Positions 27,805-38,533 of a DNA stretch of 64,000 nucleotides are shown piece after piece; the stretch's first letter is position 1, and every line of letters begins with the position of its first letter. Both the position numbers and the translations under genes were made by a program. The DNA comes from an uncultured virus (IMG/VR IMGVR_UViG_3300038954_000199) (Duplodnaviria > Heunggongvirae > Uroviricota > Caudoviricetes), in the IMG/VR virus record IMGVR_UViG_3300038954_000199, one strand, 5' to 3'. A model generated the notes under the pieces. That model was not told where the DNA came from. It worked only from the letters and a program-made list of their open reading frames with translations, and did not search any database.

Positions 27805-30363
27805 ATGAAAAAGAAAGCTGGAATTGGTAGATATAGACGCGGGGAAGTACTTCTTAATATTAAAAGTGTTTCTCCAGGACAACTTCTTATATTAGATAAT
27901 ATTAAATACAAATCTACTGACTTAATAAAAGTTACACAGACGTTTAAAGATAAATTTTATGCGGTATTTGTTGATCCTGAAAACCCTAGGGAACTCAAAA
28001 GCAAGGGTGATGAGGAATTTGTTGTGTATCCAACAGACCTTGAAAAAGGAGAATATTATATTGCATTGGAACCTTCTCCAAAAGAAGCAGAACCTGAAGT
28101 GGAAGACGTTGAAACTGGCGTTACGGAACCGGTAGACAATGACCAAGATGTAGAAATGTCTGTTGAGAAAACCGTAGAAACACCTGAACAAGATGTGTCG
28201 GTAGAAAAAACAGTAGAAAAAGAAGATAAGGCAGCCTCTAAGAAGACGGTATCAAGAGATCTTCCAGATAACATATTAGATTCTTATCTTGAAACTGCCT
28301 TATGGTCTTCTCACAACATGGATAAGGAAGAAGAGTTTTTCGATGAAAAGTATAGTATTGAAGATTTTGCACCTGAAGCTATTACACAGGCAAAAAAAGA
28401 TACCAGTACATTTCTTAAAAAAGCAAAAGAAATTGTATTAAACATTGATCCAGAATATGAATTAGATGAAAGTTATGCCGGGCATGATTTTTGGTTAACT
28501 CGTAACAGTCATGGTGCAGGTTTTTGGGATGGGGATTACCCAAAAGAAATTGGTGAATCTTTAACAGAACTAAGTGACCGATTTGGTGAAACTTATATTA
28601 TTGTTGGAGATGATGATAAGTTATACTTTGAAGGCGGTAATAACGTAGAAGCTTCCATAAAAGAAGATATTCAAAGTCCTGTAAGAGACCAAAAAGATTA
28701 TGGTGAAGAACCGGTTTCTGCAAAAAACAAACAAAAAGAATCAGCAGATGTAAGACAGAAAGATTCTGTGGATTCCTCCCTGCCCAATGCGTATGTCTAT
28801 TCTGGTGAAACTGTCAACGTTGTATTAGGGCCAGAAGGTACTGAGTATACCGGTGTTCTTGAGCAAAATGAAGACGGAACCTACGCAGTGTTTGAAACTA
28901 ATGAATCATTTGTTGATGGCGAAAAACCTATTTCTCGTACTTTTACTTATAATGACATTGTAGATATTACTCCTAAAAAGGACGCTTCTAAAAAGGAAGC
29001 TGTTAATGATTTATCTGATGAAGCAGAGGACATTGGAGAGGATGAATTTGTAGAAGAGATAGAACGGGATATACAAGAGTATAAAGAGTCTGGGGTAAGT
29101 AAAGAGACTTTGATAGGAAGCCTGTTACCCATTTTGACTGAAGATATTTCAGAAGAATGGGGAAGTGATCTTATGGTAAGTATGTCCGATAGTGGTGACA
29201 CAATTGAAGGTAAACAGCCCGTTCTTGAAATTAGTACGGGAAGGAAGTCTTATGTACTAACTACCGACGGATCATTATATACCGTTTCAAAAACATCCGA
29301 GGAGACGGGAGATGAGACATTTACCGGTGATGAGTATATTAAAGAAATAGAAATACATTATAATGACCCCGTATTAATGGACTCTGTTGACAATATAAAA
29401 GAGCTTTATACTTTAAGTATAGATGATATTACAGGCCAGAAATTAGAGAGTGCGGCAGCAGAACTTGTCCAGGCTGTCACAGATACTATAGAAAATGAAA
29501 AACGTGCCGTCAAAAAGACTTCGGAAGGTGTTGGTGTAGGTGACGGGGGCGGTGGTGACGAGCCCGGTGTTACGGAATCTCCGGATTATGATGTTATGGT
29601 TCAGACACCTTTTTCAAGATATACAGATAATTCTAAAATAGCGGATTATGATGAAAACGAAGATGGAGGTGAAGATGAAGAAGATGATGACTATCAAGCA
29701 ACAAACGAGTTTGTATCTGTTGAACTAACTGATGATGAATTAGTAGAACCTTCTGATGAAGATATTATTATCAATGAAGATACAGGTTGGAGGAATCAAA
29801 ATAATTATACTGCTCAATATGGTGGTAAAACAATCGCGGAAGCTAACGATATAGATGAATTAGCAGATGATGTCAAACAGTGGATGGAAAAAAATAAATT
29901 TTGGCCATCTATTTATGGTATTAATGAAAGAGGAAATATAATTCCATATGCAATACAGAAGATCGGTGCAGTGGATAACTTTGAGATGGATCCTATATAC
30001 AATAATAAGGAAAATTTATTTGGTTCGCATGTTTCCACAATTAAAAATATTTTTGCTAATACCGAAGTGTTTACTTCTCCAGTAGGAGACTTAGGGGATG
30101 ACGGGTCAGCCTATGACATTTTAGAAGAAGATAGAAACTTTACTGGAGTAAACGAAGAGTTGGCATCATTGACCGTTAATGAATACTTAAATGGAAAGGC
30201 TACATCTCTTGCCTCTTTTGAAGATTTTTGTAATCATATAAAAGATTTTTATGGGATTGATAAGGAGTCATCGTCAAAGGTGGTAGATGCTTGGTATGAT
30301 GATTCTGAAGTAGACTTAGTTTCGTTTATAAAAGAAAATGCAAAAAAAGATCTCCTTAAGTAA
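27805..30363 (+). CDS. Large acidic mosaic protein with MKKKA leader
   Basis: Linkers ASKKTVS, ASKKEA, VKKTS, SKIA; module YLETALWSS...AGHDFWLTRNSHGAGFWDGDY. Confidence 0.65.
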   Translation: MKKKAGIGRYRRGEVLLNIKSVSPGQLLILDNIKYKSTDLIKVTQTFKDKFYAVFVDPENPRELKSKGDEEFVVYPTDLEKGEYYIALEPSPKEAEPEVEDVETGVTEPVDNDQDVEMSVEKTVETPEQDVSVEKTVEKEDKAASKKTVSRDLPDNILDSYLETALWSSHNMDKEEEFFDEKYSIEDFAPEAITQAKKDTSTFLKKAKEIVLNIDPEYELDESYAGHDFWLTRNSHGAGFWDGDYPKEIGESLTELSDRFGETYIIVGDDDKLYFEGGNNVEASIKEDIQSPVRDQKDYGEEPVSAKNKQKESADVRQKDSVDSSLPNAYVYSGETVNVVLGPEGTEYTGVLEQNEDGTYAVFETNESFVDGEKPISRTFTYNDIVDITPKKDASKKEAVNDLSDEAEDIGEDEFVEEIERDIQEYKESGVSKETLIGSLLPILTEDISEEWGSDLMVSMSDSGDTIEGKQPVLEISTGRKSYVLTTDGSLYTVSKTSEETGDETFTGDEYIKEIEIHYNDPVLMDSVDNIKELYTLSIDDITGQKLESAAAELVQAVTDTIENEKRAVKKTSEGVGVGDGGGGDEPGVTESPDYDVMVQTPFSRYTDNSKIADYDENEDGGEDEEDDDYQATNEFVSVELTDDELVEPSDEDIIINEDTGWRNQNNYTAQYGGKTIAEANDIDELADDVKQWMEKNKFWPSIYGINERGNIIPYAIQKIGAVDNFEMDPIYNNKENLFGSHVSTIKNIFANTEVFTSPVGDLGDDGSAYDILEEDRNFTGVNEELASLTVNEYLNGKATSLASFEDFCNHIKDFYGIDKESSSKVVDAWYDDSEVDLVSFIKENAKKDLLK

Positions 30364-30374
30364 ATGAGGATTTT

Positions 30375-30677
30375 ATGAATATTTATCACGAAGAAGCAAA
30401 AGTTTTAGCTATGATTGACAAAGTTTCTGACTATTCTAAAGATGTCTTTGATAATGCTGAAGAGTACATAAATTCAGTAGTAGATTTTTTAGGTGATGGA
30501 CAATCAACTAAAAAACTATTGTCTGAAAAACTACTAACTTATGTTGTAGAACAAAATCCAGATAAGATTATTACGGTGATGGTAGATTTGTTGTCTGATA
30601 AAGAGATTTTTGACATATTAGACTCCATTGTGAAAGATGAAGGTGGGGTAATAACAGAAGAAAAAAGAATTATTTAA
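30375..30677 (+). CDS. Small acidic protein, paralog of next gene
   Basis: EEAKVLAMID N-terminus shared with next gene. Confidence 0.6.
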   Translation: MNIYHEEAKVLAMIDKVSDYSKDVFDNAEEYINSVVDFLGDGQSTKKLLSEKLLTYVVEQNPDKIITVMVDLLSDKEIFDILDSIVKDEGGVITEEKRII

Positions 30678-30691
30678 ACTTGGAGGTTGTA

Positions 30692-31000
30692 ATGAAATAC
30701 AATTGTATTTCTAAAGAAGAAGAAAAAGTTTTAGCTATGATAGATGATAGATCAATAAAAAAACAATCTGAATACGATCAGGAATCAAAAGAGGTATTCG
30801 ATTCTAGGTACAAGTATGTGGAGGCCATAATTGAAGCTTTTGGGGGGGAAGACGTTTCGTATAAAGATCTTTTTGATGCGTTAGTAGCGCAAATGAGTGA
30901 CGATGAAGCCTTTGATGCGTTTGATTATATTTTACGGATGGAAGGGATGAAAGTAAAAAAAGACGGTACAATTGGTGATCTGTCCGAAGAAGATGAATAA
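30692..31000 (+). CDS. Small acidic protein
   Basis: GGAGG SD; EEEKVLAMID. Confidence 0.6.
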   Translation: MKYNCISKEEEKVLAMIDDRSIKKQSEYDQESKEVFDSRYKYVEAIIEAFGGEDVSYKDLFDALVAQMSDDEAFDAFDYILRMEGMKVKKDGTIGDLSEEDE

Positions 31001-31054
31001 TAAGACGACAGTAAATAGAGGATGATAACTGACAATGTTAATAAAGGAAACTAG

Positions 31055-32977
31055 ATGCCATTATTAGACAGCCAAGGTAATCCTGTAAACATAACATCTC
31101 AAAGTGTTAAACATCAGTTTGACAATAAAGGTCCTGATATATCTGCTCCTGGTAAAACAATGCTTTCTCGTTTTGCTGGTAATGGGTCTAAAGATTTATC
31201 TAAGTTTAAAAAGTTGGCATCGGATATAGAATCGGCAAATCCGGCTATTAGAAGTCCGCTGTTAAATCAGTCTAATTTCTATATGCCGGAGTCCGATTCG
31301 TCAACGGGAGAACCTAATAGGTTGTTGAATCAATGGATACTATATTACATGAAATGGCATCCTCTTGTTCCAAATTTAATTAATTTACATGCGGAACTTC
31401 CTTTAAGTAGATTTGCTTTACGAGGTATAGACGATCCTAAAATACTTTCATTCTATGAAGAAATGGTAGAGTCTTGTGAACTACATACGAAAATGGTTGA
31501 ACTTTTAAGACAATACTTTGCATTTGGAGAAGCAATTCCTTATGCTTTTTGGTCAGATACGTATAATTGTTTTACAGATTTGACATTTTTAGATTCGAAT
31601 TATGTTTATGTAAAAGGTCATTATCTTCTTAATTCTGAGGAAGGCGACGATGTAGAGTTCTACGAACTTGAACCAGATCCTCTTTTGATTAATTTGGTTA
31701 ATAATGATAATTACATAAACAATATGCTTAAAGAGTACTTAGACGAAGATTTTATATCGGCGGTAAGAAATAACAAACGACTGTTGTTATCTAATTTCAG
31801 TACGTATATGATTCGTAATCGAGTACGCTGGTCGGACCTTAGAGGTACGTCTATTATTTTACGATGTCTTAAGTCTCTTCTATACGGTGACAAACTAATG
31901 GAAAGTCAATATTCTGTTGCAGACGGACACGTAAATCCAAAATGGATATGGAAAATTGGTCAGGCAGGAGACTTAGCTACTGGCGGCTATATGCCAAGTG
32001 AAGAAGACCTTGATGCTTTTAGAGATTTATTAATAGATGCCAATAATGATCCTATTTTTACTATAATTACTCACTATGCCGTAAATGTTGAAGCAGTTGG
32101 ACTTGCTGGTAAAATTTTACCACTTAAACCCGAATACGACAAAATTGAAGATGATATTTTAACCGCCTTATTTTCAAACAAAGCTATTACAACTGGTCAG
32201 GGACCGAACTTTGCAACTGCTTCGGTAGCTTTTAGAGCCTTAATGTCGAGGTATATTCCGGTTCGTGCTAGACTTGATCGATATTTATATCAAAAAATAT
32301 TTGCACCGGTAGCATATGCCAATAAGTTCTATACAAGAAAAAAAGCGGATATAGTACATAATGTTAGGACAGGTGAAGATACAAATCAATTAATTATACC
32401 TGATATTGATTGGAGATCAAAGGCCAATCTTTTAGATGATGGAAGTATTAAAAGTATTGTGTCCAGTCTTGTTAATTCGGGTAAGATGCCAATGAAAATA
32501 CTATGTGAGGTATTAGATTTAGATTATAGTGAAGTTCGAAATTATCTTTATTCTGAGCAGGGTACAATATTTGATCCTGTTACACAAGAAGCTAGAAAAC
32601 GTATTGGTACTAATATTGGTGATGAAACTATGATGGGTCAACCGTTTGCTCCTAAAACAAATAATCCAGTAAGTACAAAATCTCAAACTGGTACAGGTGC
32701 AGAACCAAATGCTAAAAAGGCATCGCTATTATCTATTAAACCACTAAAGGCAAAGAAGGATCCTATACAAACGGAAGTAGATAAAGGCAAACCGGAAAAA
32801 GGCGGTGATCCTACACCTGTAGATCCAATGAAGGAATCTCTTAAAATTGAAAATCCTATGAAGGCAGGAAAAGTCTTTGATGGATCTACCGCCAAAAATA
32901 GAAAATACCTGAACAATTCTGTTGTGGGGAAAAAGTTTGAAAAACGACATAAGAACAAAATTAGAAAAACTAAATAA
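31055..32977 (+). CDS. Portal protein
   Basis: W..YY..HPLV..LI.LH.ELPLS, YFAFGEA, RGTSIILRCL; size and position between terL and protease. Confidence 0.75.
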   Translation: MPLLDSQGNPVNITSQSVKHQFDNKGPDISAPGKTMLSRFAGNGSKDLSKFKKLASDIESANPAIRSPLLNQSNFYMPESDSSTGEPNRLLNQWILYYMKWHPLVPNLINLHAELPLSRFALRGIDDPKILSFYEEMVESCELHTKMVELLRQYFAFGEAIPYAFWSDTYNCFTDLTFLDSNYVYVKGHYLLNSEEGDDVEFYELEPDPLLINLVNNDNYINNMLKEYLDEDFISAVRNNKRLLLSNFSTYMIRNRVRWSDLRGTSIILRCLKSLLYGDKLMESQYSVADGHVNPKWIWKIGQAGDLATGGYMPSEEDLDAFRDLLIDANNDPIFTIITHYAVNVEAVGLAGKILPLKPEYDKIEDDILTALFSNKAITTGQGPNFATASVAFRALMSRYIPVRARLDRYLYQKIFAPVAYANKFYTRKKADIVHNVRTGEDTNQLIIPDIDWRSKANLLDDGSIKSIVSSLVNSGKMPMKILCEVLDLDYSEVRNYLYSEQGTIFDPVTQEARKRIGTNIGDETMMGQPFAPKTNNPVSTKSQTGTGAEPNAKKASLLSIKPLKAKKDPIQTEVDKGKPEKGGDPTPVDPMKESLKIENPMKAGKVFDGSTAKNRKYLNNSVVGKKFEKRHKNKIRKTK

Positions 32978-33404
32978 GATTAATAGCAACAGTCATGACC
33001 CTACAGATAATAAGGTCTATGATTCTAGTGGGAAAGTTGTAAGAAACACAACGCAAATCCGTAAGGGATTGGTAGAAGATTTTTTGGAACTTTTACAGTC
33101 CTCTTTAAACGATAAACTTGGTATGTCTTATATAAATCAGATAGATATTTTTGAGAACTATCTTTTTGAAATGGAGACATATGTTAACTCTTTAAAAGAT
33201 GCTGCCCAAACAATTACTAGCAATTATCCGTCAAATGAGAATGACCAGCCGTTAAATGATCTATGTGATCTGTCGGACGTTCTTATTGAAGGGATTGGTA
33301 GAGTAAAAGATTATATAGAAGCTATAAAACTTTTTGATAATGATCTTAAAGTTATTAAGAGTGAAATGTATACGCATATTCAAACATTATTTCAGGAGAT
33401 TTAA
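32922..33404 (+). CDS. Hypothetical helical protein (start uncertain)
   Basis: ORF fills the gap after portal. Confidence 0.5.
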   Translation: MWGKSLKNDIRTKLEKLNKINSNSHDPTDNKVYDSSGKVVRNTTQIRKGLVEDFLELLQSSLNDKLGMSYINQIDIFENYLFEMETYVNSLKDAAQTITSNYPSNENDQPLNDLCDLSDVLIEGIGRVKDYIEAIKLFDNDLKVIKSEMYTHIQTLFQEI

Positions 33405-33405
33405 C

Positions 33406-34284
33406 ATGAACTATATAGGAGAACAAGTTTCGGTCGTAAACTCAGACGGTGCACATGTGTTTTCTGGAATAATTATGAAAACTGGTAGTTGTAATGCAAT
33501 GGTTAACGATGTAGAAACTGGCGATAATCATTATATTCCGTATGAGTTTTTGAAATCTGGAAGTGTGAAAAAGACCGCTCAGACAGAAGTTTTAAAAGAA
33601 CAAGAAAAAGATGGTAACGTATTTGTTCTTGAAAAAATAGATGATAATATTGATGGGGAACTTTCTACACAATATAAAATAACAGTTGATGATAATCTTA
33701 TTTGGGAATCTGAAAATATTACGACAAATGTTTATGATGTTGAACAAGGTTGGTCTGCACCAGATGACTTTGATGAAAATAAACTAGAATTAATTGAACA
33801 GTCCGCAGAAAGCGGTTTTGATTTAGTTGTAAACAGTTATACTAATATTGTTCAAAATATAACAGAAGAAGCAGAAGAAGCAGAAGAACCCACGTCGGAA
33901 GAGGGTGAAGATTCGGAGGACGATGTCCCAGAAGGGGAACCTGCATTTGCGCCTGGGGAAGGTCCCGATGAAGAAACAGGTGAAGTTGTTGTAGATGAAA
34001 GTGGAGAAGGGGTAGAAGAACCGGAAGGACCGGAAGAACTGGAAGAACCGGAAAGTGAGGAAGCTCCCTTTGCCGAAGAGGCCTCATTATCACGATCTAT
34101 ATTGAGTTCTAGACTTCATAGAAATCCGGAACACCGGTTAAATCCTGCATTGCGCGAAGAGATGGGTAGACGAGGATTAGATTCATCAGAAATGAATGAT
34201 TTGGAACTTGCTGAAAAACTAAAAGACTTTGATTATTCTAAAATATCTAAAAGAATACAAAATAAACTTAATAATTTGAGGTAA
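33406..34284 (+). CDS. Acidic protein with Glu/Pro-rich region
   Basis: AGGAG SD; VKKTA linker. Confidence 0.6.
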   Translation: MNYIGEQVSVVNSDGAHVFSGIIMKTGSCNAMVNDVETGDNHYIPYEFLKSGSVKKTAQTEVLKEQEKDGNVFVLEKIDDNIDGELSTQYKITVDDNLIWESENITTNVYDVEQGWSAPDDFDENKLELIEQSAESGFDLVVNSYTNIVQNITEEAEEAEEPTSEEGEDSEDDVPEGEPAFAPGEGPDEETGEVVVDESGEGVEEPEGPEELEEPESEEAPFAEEASLSRSILSSRLHRNPEHRLNPALREEMGRRGLDSSEMNDLELAEKLKDFDYSKISKRIQNKLNNLR

Positions 34285-34286
34285 TT

Positions 34287-37181
34287 ATGGAAATTAAAAA
34301 AGGTCAGTTAGTAGAATTATGGAATGGTAACCGTGGCTCTGTTCTTGATGTGTTAAATAAAAAAGCACACTTATTATTAGATAACGGTAAAAGAATATGG
34401 GAACCGGTTACTGCTATAACTTCAACTAAAAACGTGTATTCTGAGAAAGACGCCCGATTTTTACAGGCTAAAGACAAACTTGAGGAATATAAGAAATCAA
34501 CTAAAAAGTTAGCTCCCGGTAAAGTTGATGAAGATAAATGGGATGAAGCGAAACAAACAGTAAAAAAACAGAGAAATAAAAATATAGAAGAATTTAGCGA
34601 CCGTGATTGGGGACTGGTTAACCATATTTATCAAGAAATGGGAGGAGAGTTCGAGTCTGAAGCCTCCTGTGAAAAGGAAAACAAATTAAACCCGAACTAT
34701 AAAGTTAGATATAAAGACAGAGGAAATAAACAATATGTAACGTCCTCAAGCAAAAAAGTAGCTTTTAATAAAGAGCGTTATGAATACTTTGTGTCTGGTT
34801 ATGTAGATCCTGAAAGTCCAATATATGAAGGATCAAAATTTACTGTACGGCAGAATTTAGAAAGTATAATGAAAAACAATCCTTTTGAAGTTGTATTTCC
34901 GAGCGGAGAATTAACATATAAAAATTCTGGTGGTTATCCGCTAAAAACATGGGTAGAAGTATTAGAAGATATGGGATATAACACAGAAATTGGAGAATAT
35001 ACCATGAATGAACATAACGATGAAGGAGACGTAGTCGGAGAGGTTACTTGTAAAGAAGTAAAAGTTTCAAGTAAAAAAGTAGCTGCGCATCCAAATGATT
35101 TTAATACTAAATATCCTATCGGCACTATTTTAGTACCTTCAAATGGTGATAGAACAGAATTTGTTCATGTGTTGGATATTAATGAAGAAACCAAAACATA
35201 CGTTTTGGAAAAACGTCCGGTATCAGAATTTGTTGATAAGGATGATCAGATATATGGTGTTCGTTATGAAGTGCCTGTTTCTAAATTGGATGATGAGAAG
35301 GGATTAAAGGTATTTTCTAATAAGAAAGTATCCGATAATATTATTTCAATCTCCAAAAATGATTTCAAATCTATTAATATAAAAAGTTGCCCTGAAGTTG
35401 TGGACATTGATAAAACAGGATCTCTAATAAAACTTGTTTTTTCTAATGGTACTGCACAATTTAAAGAAGATGGAACATATGTTTGTTCATCCATAAATTT
35501 AAATGGATATGAAGGAGAATTAAGTCAAATGATAAAACATAATAAATATAATAAACTTTCTACCACTGTAGCTAAAAAAAAGATTTATAATAAATTAGCC
35601 AAACTTAAACAAAAATCATATAATAATCCGCGTAAACAGGCCGGTGATGATAGAACTCCTAATTATGTGGTAGACGTAACTCTTTCTGGAAACATTGTAT
35701 CAGATCCTATGGAGTGGAAATCGTCTTATGGTAAGCCGACGGAGGAAAATTTAAAAGAGTTTGTTCGACGAATAAATAAGTCTGTAATGCCTGGCGGAGT
35801 TAATGAACATTTAGGTGAAGATCATATTATTACGAAGGCTGTTATTAGAAAAAACCGTCCGGGAGCAAAACCGATTGTAGAATGGCAACAGGATGATATG
35901 TCTACTAGATCGGCCAAGAAGACTGCACTGACTATTCCAGAACAGCATCAGAAAAAAATTGCTTTGGACACATTAAAAATGTCTGATATGGGGGCATCTA
36001 TTATGGGAGGAATGACTAAAGAAGAAGCCCGTGAATTTTTAAGAACAATTGGTTATTCTGAAGAACGTATAAAGAGAATAGAGGCTACACTAAACAAGAA
36101 TGCAGCAAGAAGATACGCGGTTTATTATGATTTGGGTCCTGAAGAGGCTGAAAAAATCATTTCTGATTTAAAAGAATTAGGAAAAAAGATTGTTGGGGAT
36201 TACGCATACCTGGATTTTGGGTTTGACGATATGTCCGATGATGGATATAAAGGAATCATATTTAATATGATGTATGGAAACACACTTATACCAAATATTG
36301 AATATATACAAACTTTAAAAAATTTAAAAAGACACGATAATTTTAAAATTAACGATAAAAAAGATGAAGAGTACTTTTTAGATATTATTATTCAATGTGG
36401 TGAAGAGTTGCCGGAATCATACTGGGAGTCTAAAGAAACCGTAGATGGAGATATAAGTTCCATTGCTAAAAAGCGAATTTCTGAAAAACTGTCAAAGCTA
36501 AACACATTGTCAGAATACAAGAATATTGATATTGATGGTAAGGAACCGGATATAATACCTGTTTCCAAGTTTACTAAGTTTTATATTAGGCCGGATAAGA
36601 ATGGTTTTGTAGCTTGGGTTTCGGATGAAGTTGAAAACATAAGATCTGAAAAACTACTGTTTCCTACGAAAGAAGAAGCCGAGTCCTGGTATAAAGATAA
36701 ATATCCGAAAGTCATGACACGTCCTTATGGTAAACTTATGTCTTCTAAGTTAAATACTCATAGCTTAAACAAGAATGCTAATGAAGTTAAGCAATCAGAT
36801 GATTATTTGTATGATAGAATAGATAAAATGATGTCGGCTTTTAATGCTGGTAGACCCATTGATAATGAAACGTTTGCAAATGGTTCAGAAGCAATTAAAG
36901 AAATTTATAATGATGAAGTGTGGGAATATATTCGTCAAATGGCTACTAAATATCTTAGAGTGCCATCAAAGCGGTTAGGACAAGAGATAGATAGTGAATA
37001 TGAATTTGCTCTTAATAAGTATTTTGAGTCTACCGGATCTAAACAAGGTTCAAAAACTAAAATTGCAAGTCTTCTTAAGAAAGCAAAACGTTTAGGTAAC
37101 TATGACTTTGACATACATAATGGAAAAACATGGAAGTTAGAAGCTGGAGAGGATGGAAAACAAAAACTGGTTCGACTATGA
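34287..37181 (+). CDS. Large mosaic protein (putative head-packaged polyprotein)
   Basis: Linkers TKKLA, SSKKVA (twice), NKKVS, RKQA, AKKTA, LNKNA (twice), KTKIA between unrelated modules. Confidence 0.65.
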   Translation: MEIKKGQLVELWNGNRGSVLDVLNKKAHLLLDNGKRIWEPVTAITSTKNVYSEKDARFLQAKDKLEEYKKSTKKLAPGKVDEDKWDEAKQTVKKQRNKNIEEFSDRDWGLVNHIYQEMGGEFESEASCEKENKLNPNYKVRYKDRGNKQYVTSSSKKVAFNKERYEYFVSGYVDPESPIYEGSKFTVRQNLESIMKNNPFEVVFPSGELTYKNSGGYPLKTWVEVLEDMGYNTEIGEYTMNEHNDEGDVVGEVTCKEVKVSSKKVAAHPNDFNTKYPIGTILVPSNGDRTEFVHVLDINEETKTYVLEKRPVSEFVDKDDQIYGVRYEVPVSKLDDEKGLKVFSNKKVSDNIISISKNDFKSINIKSCPEVVDIDKTGSLIKLVFSNGTAQFKEDGTYVCSSINLNGYEGELSQMIKHNKYNKLSTTVAKKKIYNKLAKLKQKSYNNPRKQAGDDRTPNYVVDVTLSGNIVSDPMEWKSSYGKPTEENLKEFVRRINKSVMPGGVNEHLGEDHIITKAVIRKNRPGAKPIVEWQQDDMSTRSAKKTALTIPEQHQKKIALDTLKMSDMGASIMGGMTKEEAREFLRTIGYSEERIKRIEATLNKNAARRYAVYYDLGPEEAEKIISDLKELGKKIVGDYAYLDFGFDDMSDDGYKGIIFNMMYGNTLIPNIEYIQTLKNLKRHDNFKINDKKDEEYFLDIIIQCGEELPESYWESKETVDGDISSIAKKRISEKLSKLNTLSEYKNIDIDGKEPDIIPVSKFTKFYIRPDKNGFVAWVSDEVENIRSEKLLFPTKEEAESWYKDKYPKVMTRPYGKLMSSKLNTHSLNKNANEVKQSDDYLYDRIDKMMSAFNAGRPIDNETFANGSEAIKEIYNDEVWEYIRQMATKYLRVPSKRLGQEIDSEYEFALNKYFESTGSKQGSKTKIASLLKKAKRLGNYDFDIHNGKTWKLEAGEDGKQKLVRL

Positions 37182-37402
37182 GAATTTTTCAGGAGTTGTC
37201 TATAATTAAAAATGTTCTTGCTGGAGATTCTATTATAGATATTTCCTATGAACAAGGAGTTGGTAGACTTGACAGGGAACCGGTTTTAATACCAGATAGC
37301 CCGGATAAAAGTCAAGTACAACATCCTCAGTTTCTTATGGACGATGGGCTTCAGTGGAGACCTACAGATTCAGATAGACTGGAACAATTTACAAATTTAT
37401 AG
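37178..37402 (+). CDS. Hypothetical protein
   Basis: ATGA overlap with previous gene. Confidence 0.5.
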   Translation: MRIFQELSIIKNVLAGDSIIDISYEQGVGRLDREPVLIPDSPDKSQVQHPQFLMDDGLQWRPTDSDRLEQFTNL

Positions 37403-37413
37403 AGGAGTTTATT

Positions 37414-38496
37414 ATGAACGGTATGAGAACAAAAGGGATAGATTTTGACATTCCTAAAATTTCTAAGAAGGAAAGTAAGGAAGATTTACCCTTAGCTAGA
37501 CTTTATGAAGGGTTTTTTAGTACTTCTGCATTTGTACGTAAAAAATCTGATTCTAACAACGAACAGACTTCTAAAGACCAATCTGAAATAATTCAGGGAT
37601 ACCTACCAGTAATTTTTAAAGATGGTGAAATATATAAGTATGTTTCATTTTATGGTGGTTTAACAGATGACTATAATGATGCCTACATACAAGAAAGCGT
37701 GGAAGACGCACAGACTATTGCTGAAAAAAATGTGCCAGAAGGCCCATATACATATGAGACAATTCCTGTTAATGGTCTTAATGAGATGATTAAAGATCAA
37801 CTGACATATGCACCCCGCGCATCCAAAAAACACGCTTCTAATGTAGATAACATGGCAGAAGCTATTATGCAAGGGAAAGAGTTTGTGGATACAGGTTTTG
37901 GTAAAAAACGTAAGCAAGGTATTATAGAAATGCTTACAAATGAGAATTATCCTGCTTCTGAAATTACGGAAGCTTTATTGAATGGAAAGTCAAAACTTTC
38001 TACATCTTGGGGTGATAAAACTTCTACTGGTGTAGAAGATATGATTAACAGAGCCAGATCAGAAAAGAACTCTTCCAAAAAACAAGCCGTTATCTATGAC
38101 GGATATTCCTATAGGGTTACAATAGAATCCAAAGCGGGTAATAACAATCAGACCTATGCTATGGTCACCAACATGCTTTCTGCTGCGGATATTCGTTATC
38201 GAGAGGTTCGTAGGTACACAGTAGATCCTGATAGAGTAATGTTGGATATCCTTATTACAGAAGATGATGTAGAGATTATCAAGGAGTTGGATAAAGAAGG
38301 CAAACAATATGGAATTTCTTTTACCTTTAATGATAACATTTCAGAAGAGCTTAGACCTAGAGAAATTGTAACACCGGAAAAGGAAGTTTCTGAAAAGGTT
38401 GCGTCATCTCAGAAGACTGCTACAGTCAATGTAACAAAAGAAGACGTTTATACTGACTTCGAAACCTATCCGGCAGTTACGAGAAAAAATAAGTAA
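37414..38496 (+). CDS. Mosaic protein with ASKKHA, SSKKQA and SQKTA linkers
   Basis: GAGGAG SD; linker motifs. Confidence 0.6.
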   Translation: MNGMRTKGIDFDIPKISKKESKEDLPLARLYEGFFSTSAFVRKKSDSNNEQTSKDQSEIIQGYLPVIFKDGEIYKYVSFYGGLTDDYNDAYIQESVEDAQTIAEKNVPEGPYTYETIPVNGLNEMIKDQLTYAPRASKKHASNVDNMAEAIMQGKEFVDTGFGKKRKQGIIEMLTNENYPASEITEALLNGKSKLSTSWGDKTSTGVEDMINRARSEKNSSKKQAVIYDGYSYRVTIESKAGNNNQTYAMVTNMLSAADIRYREVRRYTVDPDRVMLDILITEDDVEIIKELDKEGKQYGISFTFNDNISEELRPREIVTPEKEVSEKVASSQKTATVNVTKEDVYTDFETYPAVTRKNK

Positions 38497-38533
38497 AGAG
38501 ACATACAATTAAACATTTAGAAAGGACTATAAA

